In this document: piece after piece, positions 1 through 10,129 of the stretch
Layout: each line of letters starts with the position of its first letter
Numbering within the stretch: the first letter of the stretch is position 1
Virus record (IMG/VR): IMGVR_UViG_3300035162_004467
Span: 21,311 to 85,310 of that record
Reading direction: 5' to 3' (one strand)
Length of the DNA stretch: 64,000 nucleotides
DNA from: a virus
The notes under the pieces: generated by a model
Told to the model about the DNA's origin: nothing
Seen by the model: only the letters and a program-made list of their open reading frames with translations
Databases searched by the model: none
Translations under genes and position numbers: made by a program

Positions 1-1
1 C

Positions 2-379
2 GCTAAACTCCTTGAATTCCCAATTGACGTAACCATGAGCATTAGTTCACTTACTAGGGACTTTGCTTCAGGCGCACTTGAGTATGCTTTGACTGGAACT
101 GCTGAGAATAATAAGACTGACATCACGTTGGATGTTAAAGAAGAGGGAGCTGATAAGCTAAAATACGTTCTCAAAGGAGCTGTTCTTGATAATCAGTCAT
201 TCTCGCAAGGGCTTGATGACAACGAGACTGTTGATCTTACCTTCTCTGCTCAGATTGGTGGTGCTGCTACCACTGACCAAGGTTTGTTCTTCTTCCCACA
301 AGCTACTGTCCCTCCATTTGCAGTTGTAAGTGGAGCTGCACACAAAGAGACGGCCCAGCCGATCTCTTTCATTTCGTAG
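2..379 (+). CDS. Probable major tail tube protein, C-terminal part (5' truncated)
   Basis: Frame is open from position 2 (AKLLEFPIDVTMSIS...). Beta-strand pattern, strong terminator downstream, position upstream of chaperone and tape measure genes. Confidence 0.55.
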   Translation, partial: AKLLEFPIDVTMSISSLTRDFASGALEYALTGTAENNKTDITLDVKEEGADKLKYVLKGAVLDNQSFSQGLDDNETVDLTFSAQIGGAATTDQGLFFFPQATVPPFAVVSGAAHKETAQPISFIS

Positions 380-410
380 AGGAGCAATAAAAAACTATAA
401 AACTCACAAA

Positions 411-442
411 GCAGCCTCACCGAAAGGTGGGGCTGTTTTTTT
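411..442 (+). terminator. Rho-independent terminator
   Basis: GCAGCCTCACC-GAAA-GGTGGGGCTGT stem with GNRA loop, followed by a T run. Confidence 0.9.
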
Positions 443-448
443 GTGTAA
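443..448 (+). promoter_or_regulatory. GTGTAW putative phage promoter motif
   Basis: GTGTAA immediately after a terminator and 10 nt before ATG 459; the same motif precedes 10 other genes. Confidence 0.65.
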
Positions 449-458
449 TATATAGAGA

Positions 459-845
459 ATGAAGGTTTATCAGCAAGTAACAGGTAAAGAAGAGTCAATT
501 GTTAATTTAGATATATTAGTCGAGAATACTTACTCTGGATTCTATGTAGCTGCTGGCACTGGAGATGTTGTTACTGGAGAAGGAGGTAGCACAGGATTAC
601 TTAACAGTGGCTTTGTGTTTTCTGGATATGAGGGGTATGTGTTTGATCAGTCTGGCAGGTTTGTTGGAGGATATGCACCAAATGTCCCAGTCAATATTTC
701 CGTTCATATGAAAAGCGACGACACTTACTCTTATTTTATCGATGATGTGTTGATCGCCAATAATGTTTCGGGTTCGACTGGATTTGATTATATTGAGTTT
801 GAAAAACATGGGGATGCTTCTCTTAATATTGAGTATATTTTTTAG
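459..845 (+). CDS. Small putative virion protein, S/T-G rich
   Basis: 128 aa, acidic, beta-rich, in tail module; 10 of 17 Gly are preceded by S/T. Confidence 0.6.
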   Translation: MKVYQQVTGKEESIVNLDILVENTYSGFYVAAGTGDVVTGEGGSTGLLNSGFVFSGYEGYVFDQSGRFVGGYAPNVPVNISVHMKSDDTYSYFIDDVLIANNVSGSTGFDYIEFEKHGDASLNIEYIF

Positions 846-896
846 TATTTGTTGATATATTCTTTTTTTTTACGATAATATGTCGTTGAAAAGCAT

Positions 897-1679
897 ATGA
901 AAGAGCTGTATTCATTCCAAATTAAAAGAAAAGCAAAGCTTAAAACCATTGTCCAGAAAGAGAATGCGAAAGGGAAGATTGTAGAGTCTACAAAGACTAC
1001 AACTAAAACCATTTCTCACAAAGTTATTTTTGCTAAGCCCTCTTACGCAGAAATTGAAAATGCAGAATTCTTTTATGGGCAGCAATATAATGATTACATT
1101 AATGCTGGGTATCTTACTAGATACTTATTAAATAAGAAAATTGAGGATGCTGGAGGAGGTTCTTCTAAGTCAAGTAATGATTTCATTAATAAAGCTTTTG
1201 TTGACAATATGGAGGCAGCTAAAGTTATTGAGTTCTACGAAGGTCAAAAAGATTTAGATGAGGAACAAAAGAAAAAATTAGAGGGAGCTAAAGAGGTATT
1301 TGTTGAAACACAAAAAAATGTATCGGATTTCGAAGAGTTCCATAGAATCCAATATAATCAGACAGCAGAAGCAAAATCTGAACAAAAGCTTATTGAGTGG
1401 TTTATTTTTAATTTTTCTTACTATGAAGATAAAATACAAGACTCTACTGAGACTTTCCCGCTTTTTGTAGGGGATGATTTCACAGAAAAAAGAGAGCATT
1501 ACTTGCAACTTTGTGAAGATGAGGAGGATCTAGAAGACCCAACTATCTTGAAGAACAAAGGTATTTTTGACCTTTCTTTCGAGACCTTGGCTAAAGTGGC
1601 GAACTTGTGGTATAACAAGATGGGTTCAGGCCAAAAAGAAATTGAAGAGAGTATTAAGGAAGTATTTGGTGATGGATGA
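897..1679 (+). CDS. Hypothetical protein, possible tail assembly chaperone
   Basis: 260 aa charged helical ORF between tube and tape measure genes; call is from synteny only. Confidence 0.45.
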   Translation: MKELYSFQIKRKAKLKTIVQKENAKGKIVESTKTTTKTISHKVIFAKPSYAEIENAEFFYGQQYNDYINAGYLTRYLLNKKIEDAGGGSSKSSNDFINKAFVDNMEAAKVIEFYEGQKDLDEEQKKKLEGAKEVFVETQKNVSDFEEFHRIQYNQTAEAKSEQKLIEWFIFNFSYYEDKIQDSTETFPLFVGDDFTEKREHYLQLCEDEEDLEDPTILKNKGIFDLSFETLAKVANLWYNKMGSGQKEIEESIKEVFGDG

Positions 1680-2536
1680 GCGAACGAACTTCATTGCTAC
1701 TCTTAGATATATTAAGGGGTTATAGTAAAATAACCTATAAATATAAAAAATACTATTTTAAACACTTCAAGATATACGATAGTCTAAAACTTGAAGAGTT
1801 TGAGTCAGATTGTATACATCAAGCTAAGAAACAGGGCATTAAGGGTGAAAAGCAACTCTTAGAACAAGCTATTAAAAGAGGCAATTGGTCGAAGGAGGAG
1901 GAAGCTTCACAGAAAGATTTGAAGTGGATGATTGATAAATCAAGAAAAGCCTCTTTAAAGATAGCAGATAATAATACGAAAAAAAGTTTTGAGGATTCTA
2001 TTCGGAAACAAGTTGATGAACTTGCCGAACTAGAAATTAAAAAAAATCAATTCATCATTCATAGTGCTGAAAATTTAGCCAGAAGGAAAAGGGTAAATGA
2101 AGAAATTAGTCTGAGTCTTTTTTACAATGAAGAGATGACAGAAATTATTAGTGAAGACGACCTAATTTTATTACTTCCCGAAGTTAACTTATTAATAAAT
2201 GACCTAAGTAATTCTGAAAAGATACTTAAGGTTTCTTACGATCCTTCTTTTTTTGATATCTATTGTTTAAATTATAGACAGCCGAACAAGATAATAGACA
2301 AAACCATTTATGACATAACTATATGGCAAAAAAATCTGTTGTCTTACGCTTCTGTTCTTTTAAATAAGCTGCAAAACTATGATATTCCTGACGATGTTAA
2401 AGAGGATGCATTGAAATTATATAATTTCCAGCAAAAAGAGGACTCCTCGAAAGAAGATAAAGTCACAGAAGGGGTATCTGATCTGAGGGCTAAAATGGCG
2501 CAAAATGGAGGAAAGCTGACAGCAGAAGACTTTTAG
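1676..2536 (+). CDS. Hypothetical protein, possible tail assembly chaperone
   Basis: 286 aa helical ORF, ATGA-coupled to the previous gene, directly upstream of the tape measure gene. Confidence 0.45.
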   Translation: MSERTSLLLLDILRGYSKITYKYKKYYFKHFKIYDSLKLEEFESDCIHQAKKQGIKGEKQLLEQAIKRGNWSKEEEASQKDLKWMIDKSRKASLKIADNNTKKSFEDSIRKQVDELAELEIKKNQFIIHSAENLARRKRVNEEISLSLFYNEEMTEIISEDDLILLLPEVNLLINDLSNSEKILKVSYDPSFFDIYCLNYRQPNKIIDKTIYDITIWQKNLLSYASVLLNKLQNYDIPDDVKEDALKLYNFQQKEDSSKEDKVTEGVSDLRAKMAQNGGKLTAEDF

Positions 2537-2541
2537 TGTAT
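2536..2541 (+). promoter_or_regulatory. GTGTAW motif upstream of tape measure gene
   Basis: GTGTAT 9 nt before ATG 2551. Confidence 0.55.
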
Positions 2542-2550
2542 TAAATTGCG

Positions 2551-5500
2551 ATGCCTGCTCCAATTAATATTAATGCTAATTTAAACTTAAATCCAGCTAG
2601 TATCAATGCCTCTGCCAAGCAGGTGCAACAAGCTTTAGGTAGAATTACAGGCCAAGCTTCTGAGTTTCAAAAATCTCTAGATGCGTCTACCGCTCGTGTC
2701 TTTGCTTTTGGAGCTACTACTACTGTGATTAACGGGATTACCCAATCTTTTAGGGCATTAGTGTCAACCACTATTAATGTAGAAGCGAAGTTAAAAGAGA
2801 TTAATTCTATCTTAGGTGCAGGAGCTTCAGAGTTCAACAAATATAGAAATTCAATTTTTCAGGTAGCTAAAAGCACAGGGCAATCGTTTAACACTGTAGC
2901 AGAAGGTGCTGCTGAACTTGCTAGGCAAGGTCTTGGTGCAGCAGAGAGTGCTAAAAGATTAGAAGCCGCTCTTGTTCTTACTAGGATTTCTGGACTTGGA
3001 GCGGAGCAATCAGTGAAGGCTCTAACAGCAGCAATGAATGGTTTCACTTCTGCTGGGTTAACTGCGGAGCAAGTGGTTAACAAAATTGTTGCTGTTGATA
3101 CTGCATTTGCTGTTTCTGCTCAAGACCTTGCCGATGGTTTTAGTCGAGCTGGATCTACGGCAGAAGATGCGGGAGTTTCTTTCGATGAACTGCTTGGTTT
3201 AATTACCGCTGTTGAGCAGAGGACTGCGCGAGGTGGAGCTGTTATTGGTAACGCATTTAAATCAATTTTTACTCGCTTGAGCAGGGGTTCTACAATCGAA
3301 GATCTACAATCATTGGGCGTTGCGATAGATGCAAACCAGTCTGGTGTACAAAAATTAAAATCTTTATCTGACGCATTGGAAAAGATATCTGATCCAACTA
3401 TAGCAAGTCAAATCAAAGAACTCGCTGGTGGTGTGTTCCAAATTAACGTTGTTAGTGCCGCATTAAAAGATATTGGCAACGATGCTTCTATTTTTGGGGA
3501 GGCCACCACGACTTCTTTTAAGGCTATAAACGAAGCTACGGAAAAAAATAATGCTCTTAATGATACACTGAAAGCCAACTTAAATTCTCTTGTTGTTAGC
3601 GCGACAAGCCTTGGAGAGAAGATAGGCCAGCTTACTTTCGCTCCTTTGTTGGGGAGCCTAGTTGGGATTGGGACAACCTTAGCAGAAGGGCTAGATAAAG
3701 CTCTTGATCCAGAAAAAGGCAATAAATTTGTTCAAGGATTATTCAAGATTATTGGAGGATTTATCTCTGGTCCGGGGTTAGCATTATTTACATTAGCTTT
3801 TGTTAAGATCTTTAAGACCGTCCTCAGATTCGCTAGAGAAGGATTTAAGACGGTAATGGAAATGGGTTCTGCTGCCGAAAGAGTCAAGAATATTGAAGGT
3901 GGTATTGTTGGCTTATTACAGAAAGATGCTGGCTTAAGGAAGAAACTTGTAAGCACTACTGCGACACAAGCTCAAAAAGAACAAGCTGTAATCGCGGCCA
4001 TTAAAAAAGAGAACAGCTTATTAACTCAACAAGAACAGCTAGTAAGAAGGATTGCGAAGGCAACAGCTGCAAGAGGAGTTAGAGGGTATGGTGGATCAAC
4101 TGGTTTCACTGGCAAGCGAGGGAAGCGTTTCGCTGCTGGAGGGGAGGGACAAATGGAGCCGAACTTGATGACCGCTATGGCGAAGGAGGCTAGAGATGCT
4201 CCTAGTGGAGCGTCTCCTTTTGTAACTAATTTTAGAGGCAACCCTGCTGTTATGAACACTTCCGAAATGCAAGTTCGCATTAATGGAAGAGAACAAATCT
4301 TGCGCGAAGATCAAATCCCTAGATTTAACAAAGGTAGCGGGAAGAAGAACAAATTCAAAGGTCCAAAAGCGGGAGCCACAGGGACTAAGGTTGCGAATGA
4401 TAAAGAATTTGGAGATCGTTTCGTGATGTTGACTCCGAAAATAGACGAAAGAAGTCATTTCGGTCCAATGACGGTGGATGATAAGAAGCACAAGGCGACG
4501 CATCAAGTTCATGGAATAAAGTCATCTCAAATTAAAAAAGCGTCTGACAAGGAAGAAAATTCTCTAGAGAAAAGAGTTAAAGACAATTTATTTAAAGAGG
4601 CTGCTGATTGGACTTCAAGAATAAAGCCATTAGATAAATCTGCACCAGTATCTGAAATAGCAAAAGGATTTGATAGTACTCGTGGGGCCAAAGGAGCTTT
4701 ACAAGCTGCTATTGGGTCTGCATTTGAAGTGGGCATAAGCAAATCTTTAAAGTATGAGGCTAGAGAGAGAGATCAGGGTGGTGATTTCGATGTTAGAGGA
4801 GGGCCAAATATCAGCCAAATTCAAAAGCTTTTTGGGATACGTCAGACTATTGGTGATTTTAAAAATGCTAGCTCTGATGGAAACAAGAGATCATTCGTAA
4901 GAAAAGTAAGAAGAGAGAAACTGGCTGGAGCATTTACTAAAGAAGAGGCCGATCAACAAGCTGCAAAAGCAGCCGACAAAAAAGGAACGAACCTTAGATC
5001 CGAAAAGAGGAAAGCATATAGCGCACAAAGAGCGAGTAGAATGCCAAACTTACGTCGTAGAGTCCCAACTAATGCGAAAGGTTCATTGCCAAATTTAAAG
5101 TTAAACAAACATGTCCCTAATTACGCAGCTGGTAGTCTAATAAGACCTTTGCTAGGTCTTCTCAAAGGAGGGGGGAGAAGTAGTAAACTTCTTGGAGGAG
5201 GGGCGAGGAAAGCTTCTTTTGGGAAGAGAGCGAAACACCTTGTAGGCAGAGGGGTTGAGGGCGCAAAGCAGAGAGTCAAGGGTAGCGGAAGTTTAGGCGC
5301 GAGTATCGGCTTGAGCATGTTGTCAACCCAACTGCAAGAGGCGAACAAAGCAATAGAAGGTGAAGCGATAACTACCAAGCAAGCTCTTACGACTGTCGGG
5401 ACTGAGATGGCTAGTTTCGCTGCGACCGGAGCAGCGATAGGGGGTCCGATTGGTGCAGCTGCTGGAGCTTTAGTTGGTTTAGGAATAGGCTTATTTAAAA

Positions 5501-6948
5501 ATAAATCAGCTTTGGAAGAATACGGGGCAGCGTTGAAAGCTAATGAAGAGAAACAAAAGAAGCTTCAAAAAATAACGATAGCTCAAAGCGAAGGCTTTCA
5601 AGGGCGGAGTAAAGATACTGTCATGAGCCAATTAAGCAAGGTTGGTGGGGCAGGTTTCGAGAATCTTGATCTTAGAGCACCACTCCAAAATTTAGAGAAC
5701 CAACTAAAAGCATTAACAATGGAAGCTCCTACAGAAGAAAGGGGGCAGGATCAGATTGATAAGGAGCATGCAGCCACTTTAGTACAATATACAAAAAAAA
5801 CAAAAGAAGCAGGGGCAATAGCAGCAAAAACTGGGGAAATAATAAGAAAAGTAAATAAAGTAAGAGAACTTGAAGCAAAAATATTAAAATTTAAAAGCCA
5901 AAACGAAGGAAAAGCATTAAAATCAGCAGTAGCAAAACAGAGATCGAAACTTGATGATGCGTCAGACTTAATGAAAGGAGTCCAAGGGCCATTTGCAGGG
6001 ATTATAAACAGAGACCTTGATGTTGGAAAAAAACAAACAGATGCGGCTGATGCGAGGGGTGATCTTGAAGATTTAAAAACTCAGTTAAGAGTAACGCAAA
6101 ATCCAACCGAAAGGCTCGCGCTTAATGCAGAAATAAATAAGGCATCAGAAAACTTTAGCAAAAAAGTAAAAGATGCCGCTATTTTCATGGTGCAGAAGCA
6201 AACAGAAATAGCGAATAGACAAGCAGAAGTTGCTAAAGAGTCTGCTAAATTACAAACTGAAGCTATTCAGACTGCTATATCAGGCATCTCCAAAGGAGTC
6301 CGAGGCGAAAAGATTAATCTCAACAATATATCAGATTTCAGGAAAGATTTCAAGGGCGCAAAGACAGACGAAGACAAGGCCAAGCTTATTGCTGAATTTG
6401 AAGGAACGACACTTTCTGGTTTGTCTGAAGCAATGAAAGAGGCTTTAAGGAAAGCGGCTGGATTAGCGTCTGGAGACAGTAGAGAGCTAATAGGCGAAAG
6501 TGGTCTAACGAGCCTTAATGAAAGTGCTCGTATCGAAGGAGGGGACAAGCTAGATAAAAAATCAAGAGATGATATCTATAATTCGATGCCATCAAAAGCT
6601 AATGACAAAAGAAGGAACGATTTGGACCAAATTGCAGCAGCATTAAAAACACAAGCTGATGGATTAGCGACAAAAATGAAGGACTTCGGGAAAGCATTTC
6701 AGGCTGAAGCCGTAACAGCTGAGATGGCGAAAGTGGGAGCGGCATTGAACAAAGCAGCTGAAAATGCAGAAGCATTAGCTGGGGCGACAGGTGTAGTTAC
6801 CAGCATAGCAACAAAGGTCAATGGACTAATAACTAGGGTCGATGTAAACCTTGATGTCCAAGCGAAAAGACTGGATGTACTTGAAGGACAAAGAGATACA
6901 ACGAACGCACAAGTGAACGACATGGCTGAAGCTCTAGCACCCAAATGA
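2551..6948 (+). CDS. Tail tape measure protein (TP901-like core)
   Basis: 1465 aa Ala/Gly/Lys-rich helical protein; core motifs ELARQGL, AGSTAEDAGVSFDELLGLITA, GGAVIGNAFKSIFTRL; hydrophobic segments. Confidence 0.9.
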   Translation: MPAPININANLNLNPASINASAKQVQQALGRITGQASEFQKSLDASTARVFAFGATTTVINGITQSFRALVSTTINVEAKLKEINSILGAGASEFNKYRNSIFQVAKSTGQSFNTVAEGAAELARQGLGAAESAKRLEAALVLTRISGLGAEQSVKALTAAMNGFTSAGLTAEQVVNKIVAVDTAFAVSAQDLADGFSRAGSTAEDAGVSFDELLGLITAVEQRTARGGAVIGNAFKSIFTRLSRGSTIEDLQSLGVAIDANQSGVQKLKSLSDALEKISDPTIASQIKELAGGVFQINVVSAALKDIGNDASIFGEATTTSFKAINEATEKNNALNDTLKANLNSLVVSATSLGEKIGQLTFAPLLGSLVGIGTTLAEGLDKALDPEKGNKFVQGLFKIIGGFISGPGLALFTLAFVKIFKTVLRFAREGFKTVMEMGSAAERVKNIEGGIVGLLQKDAGLRKKLVSTTATQAQKEQAVIAAIKKENSLLTQQEQLVRRIAKATAARGVRGYGGSTGFTGKRGKRFAAGGEGQMEPNLMTAMAKEARDAPSGASPFVTNFRGNPAVMNTSEMQVRINGREQILREDQIPRFNKGSGKKNKFKGPKAGATGTKVANDKEFGDRFVMLTPKIDERSHFGPMTVDDKKHKATHQVHGIKSSQIKKASDKEENSLEKRVKDNLFKEAADWTSRIKPLDKSAPVSEIAKGFDSTRGAKGALQAAIGSAFEVGISKSLKYEARERDQGGDFDVRGGPNISQIQKLFGIRQTIGDFKNASSDGNKRSFVRKVRREKLAGAFTKEEADQQAAKAADKKGTNLRSEKRKAYSAQRASRMPNLRRRVPTNAKGSLPNLKLNKHVPNYAAGSLIRPLLGLLKGGGRSSKLLGGGARKASFGKRAKHLVGRGVEGAKQRVKGSGSLGASIGLSMLSTQLQEANKAIEGEAITTKQALTTVGTEMASFAATGAAIGGPIGAAAGALVGLGIGLFKNKSALEEYGAALKANEEKQKKLQKITIAQSEGFQGRSKDTVMSQLSKVGGAGFENLDLRAPLQNLENQLKALTMEAPTEERGQDQIDKEHAATLVQYTKKTKEAGAIAAKTGEIIRKVNKVRELEAKILKFKSQNEGKALKSAVAKQRSKLDDASDLMKGVQGPFAGIINRDLDVGKKQTDAADARGDLEDLKTQLRVTQNPTERLALNAEINKASENFSKKVKDAAIFMVQKQTEIANRQAEVAKESAKLQTEAIQTAISGISKGVRGEKINLNNISDFRKDFKGAKTDEDKAKLIAEFEGTTLSGLSEAMKEALRKAAGLASGDSRELIGESGLTSLNESARIEGGDKLDKKSRDDIYNSMPSKANDKRRNDLDQIAAALKTQADGLATKMKDFGKAFQAEAVTAEMAKVGAALNKAAENAEALAGATGVVTSIATKVNGLITRVDVNLDVQAKRLDVLEGQRDTTNAQVNDMAEALAPK

Positions 6949-6969
6949 TTAGCTGATAATTTTTTTTAA

Positions 6970-8514
6970 ATGAGCCTTTTAGTAAATAATGTAGTCGATT
7001 CTAACTCGCAAATCTCGTACTCTTATTTAGAGAGTGAAGATGTCTTTGGGTATTTAGTTACTTTAAACTATACTTTAAAAATAGAAGATGTGCTTTTCGA
7101 TAATAACGATGGAGTTCTTCTTTCTGGTAGAGCAGCAATTAGGGCAGCTTACAAAAGACAAAATATAACAGCAAGGATCGCTGGTGACGAAATCCTTAAT
7201 GGATTAATTACTAACGTTTCCTTTGGAGAAGGATCTCTCAATGGTGAAGATACAGTTAGTATTGGGATTCAAGAAAGGAGGAGATTAGATGATTACAGTT
7301 CAAAGACTTTTGCGAAATACATCCCTAACCCTCATTTATTAGAAAGCTTCGCAGAAAGCTATACATTCAGTAGGTCTGGTTCAGATTACTCATATTCAAG
7401 GAATATATCTATTAAGTATTCTCAAGATGCAGGAAATCAATTTTTGACAAACGCCAAGATATTTCTCACTAACTATTACTACTCTAATAGGCCCAACTTA
7501 GGATACTATGAAGATGGTATATCTGAAAACGCTAGGTTTAATGATAATTATAATGGAACTCTCAATCAGGCAATAGATTTAGTAAACTTATCTGTTAATC
7601 TTCAAGAAAATTTTGACTCTTCTTTTATTGTTGATTCTGAAAATGTATCTAAGAAAATTACTAATTCAATCTCTATTGATCAAAGAGGTTATTTGGAGAA
7701 AGTAATTAATGTTGAATTTACTTCTATAAAGTATGATTCATCTAATGTTTTAGGTTCTGCTATCGCGTCAACAATAGATAGCATAATTTCTGACGAACAG
7801 ACTAAATTTGGGAAGCCATTTTCAATAGAAAAAGGGATAGCCAAAGATTCAAGAAGGGCTAATCTATCTATTAGCTTCTCTACTAACCCAGCGCTATCAC
7901 AAGATAATAGCGTTATTTATAACTGCGCCAAAAATAAAGCTGGAGCATTTTTTGAATACGATTTGAGTGTTACATACAAAGCTAAAGATAAGAACTCTCA
8001 AACAAGATATGACAGCGTTTTAGCTTTATGGACCTCCAACAAAGATAAAAATGAAAGCAAGGTTGTAGGTTTGTTTTCAGAAGCCACAGACATATACGAG
8101 AAATCAAGATCGTCTACAATTGATAAACCCAAAGGGTTAGTGACAGAAAATATAAAATATACTACTGATGACTCGTATGACTCTGGTCCTTTACCAAAAG
8201 GCATATTAAAATTCAATATTTCGGTTCAGAAGCAAGATAAGGTTAAAAGAAGTTCTGTTGTTCTTGATTTAACAAATCTAAAGCAAAAGCTCGTGACTTC
8301 CGATTTAAATAAGCTGGGTTCAGCTACTGTCACAGCTACCGTTACTTCAGACCCAGCATACGGGAACTTTCATGGGAAGGACTTCTTAAATGGGAAAACC
8401 TCAGAAATGAATGCATTTTTAGAAGAGACAACCTTTTATGCTGCGAGTGATATTGTATCATCTAATTTGTCAGATGGGACTACAACTCGTGTAATACAAT
8501 ATATAATCGCTTAA
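6970..8514 (+). CDS. Putative tail/baseplate structural protein
   Basis: 514 aa S/T/N/Y-rich beta protein directly after the tape measure gene. Confidence 0.55.
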   Translation: MSLLVNNVVDSNSQISYSYLESEDVFGYLVTLNYTLKIEDVLFDNNDGVLLSGRAAIRAAYKRQNITARIAGDEILNGLITNVSFGEGSLNGEDTVSIGIQERRRLDDYSSKTFAKYIPNPHLLESFAESYTFSRSGSDYSYSRNISIKYSQDAGNQFLTNAKIFLTNYYYSNRPNLGYYEDGISENARFNDNYNGTLNQAIDLVNLSVNLQENFDSSFIVDSENVSKKITNSISIDQRGYLEKVINVEFTSIKYDSSNVLGSAIASTIDSIISDEQTKFGKPFSIEKGIAKDSRRANLSISFSTNPALSQDNSVIYNCAKNKAGAFFEYDLSVTYKAKDKNSQTRYDSVLALWTSNKDKNESKVVGLFSEATDIYEKSRSSTIDKPKGLVTENIKYTTDDSYDSGPLPKGILKFNISVQKQDKVKRSSVVLDLTNLKQKLVTSDLNKLGSATVTATVTSDPAYGNFHGKDFLNGKTSEMNAFLEETTFYAASDIVSSNLSDGTTTRVIQYIIA

Positions 8515-8515
8515 A

Positions 8516-10129
8516 ATGGCAACTTCGATCACATACGGGAGCTACTCTTTCCCAGAACCAATACCTCTTTTCTCCGAAGAAGATCAGGTTGTGAAACTTG
8601 CTGGCCTTTCGGATCATAGCACAATTAGGGTGAATTTGATTGGTTTTCTCACTGGGAGTGATTTAAGTGGATTATATTTGCAAAAAATGCAAATGGTTAG
8701 TGGTTTTCTAAATGAATATGAAGACTTAACTATTACAATTGGGAATGAGACTAAAACTTGTCCTTGTTCCTTCGTAGAGGGTGTTGAGTTCGGTCAAAGT
8801 GACTCTACTACAGTCCTACCATATAACTTAACTGCACTATATTATTCTGGAGAAACTTTTTCAGAATATTTTGGAGTTACAGACCCACAAAACTCTTGGT
8901 CTTATGACGAGGGGGATAATAAAGTAATTACCGCTACTCATACTCTTTCGGCGAAAGGACTGAAAGTAAATTCTGAAGATCCCTTTAGTAATGCTCGTAC
9001 ATTTGTGGAAGGGAAGCTTGCTGATGGATTTGAAAATATCGCTTTATTCAATAGTGGCGATAATGCCTTCTTGATATCTAGGACGGAAAATGTAGATAAA
9101 AAATCTAATGTTTATGGAGTCACTGAGGTATACTCATACTCTGCTGCTGATAGAGATAACTCTGCTAGATCTTATTCTGATAGTGGCGTTGTAGATCTTT
9201 CAACTTCTATTAGCTTTAGTAACGATAGTCAACTTTCAATTGCTGTTAATGGGAGTATCAAAGGCAGTATAGATGCAAACACAGGTACTCAAGTTGGGTT
9301 ATTAACTACTGGGAATTTTACTTCAGCACAAGCGACTGATGTTGCGATGAATGCGCTAGTTAATTCCTACTCTGATTATGAATCAGGGGTTTATAGTTTT
9401 GTCCAAGAAGGTCCAACTGCGTTTAATTACAATTTAAATACTGGAGCTAATTTACTTGAATTTTCATTCACTTTCGATGACGCTGATAAAGTAGATTTAA
9501 TAAATGGTAACGTTTTACATTCCTACGTTTCCTCTATTAGTTTGTCAAAAGATTCTGCTGTGTCTTCTGTCTCCATCCAAGGAGATCTAAAATATTTTGG
9601 GACTTTGTCTATTGACTCGACAGGAGAATTTGAAAACAATGCTCGCTTTCAGGCTATAGAATCAGCCCTCAGTGAAGTAGATCAATATTCAATAGCTGTA
9701 TCTGCCATTCAAGATTTCTCTGGAGTAGCTACTGGTTACGAAATTAATTCATCTTATATCAAAGTCGAGCCAGAATCTTTCTCTATATCGAAAGATCCTG
9801 TTGAAAATACCATTTCATATAATTATAATTATAATAACCAAATAGACTTTTCGACAGGGCAATTAAAAAATTTATCTCTTAACATTCAGGACAAACCACC
9901 TCTTGTTATTAATAGTGTCCAAGAAACAATAAGTGGATTCCAAGCTGCTGAAGTTATATCTAGAAGTTTAGGCAATTATTCTATTTCGGCAACCTGTAAT
10001 AATGATGGGAGTAAATTAGATACGTTGAGGGGGCTGATATCTGGTTATTGCACTGGAGTTTATGTCATATCAGAGTCTTATTCTACAGGACAAAATTCAA
10101 TATCATATAATTTAGCAAAATATTACTAA
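8516..10129 (+). CDS. Putative tail/baseplate structural protein
   Basis: 537 aa, beta-rich, translationally coupled; 18 S/T-G dipeptides. Confidence 0.55.
   Translation: MATSITYGSYSFPEPIPLFSEEDQVVKLAGLSDHSTIRVNLIGFLTGSDLSGLYLQKMQMVSGFLNEYEDLTITIGNETKTCPCSFVEGVEFGQSDSTTVLPYNLTALYYSGETFSEYFGVTDPQNSWSYDEGDNKVITATHTLSAKGLKVNSEDPFSNARTFVEGKLADGFENIALFNSGDNAFLISRTENVDKKSNVYGVTEVYSYSAADRDNSARSYSDSGVVDLSTSISFSNDSQLSIAVNGSIKGSIDANTGTQVGLLTTGNFTSAQATDVAMNALVNSYSDYESGVYSFVQEGPTAFNYNLNTGANLLEFSFTFDDADKVDLINGNVLHSYVSSISLSKDSAVSSVSIQGDLKYFGTLSIDSTGEFENNARFQAIESALSEVDQYSIAVSAIQDFSGVATGYEINSSYIKVEPESFSISKDPVENTISYNYNYNNQIDFSTGQLKNLSLNIQDKPPLVINSVQETISGFQAAEVISRSLGNYSISATCNNDGSKLDTLRGLISGYCTGVYVISESYSTGQNSISYNLAKYY

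Noticed and set aside
897-2536. Programmed -1 frameshift in tail chaperone genes
   Set aside because: The two ORFs are joined by an ordinary ATGA overlap and no convincing slippery site lies near the first stop.
2859-6944. Antisense ORFs within the tape measure gene, and similar short ORFs opposite other genes
   Set aside because: Shadow frames caused by codon bias of the real genes; no recognisable domains.
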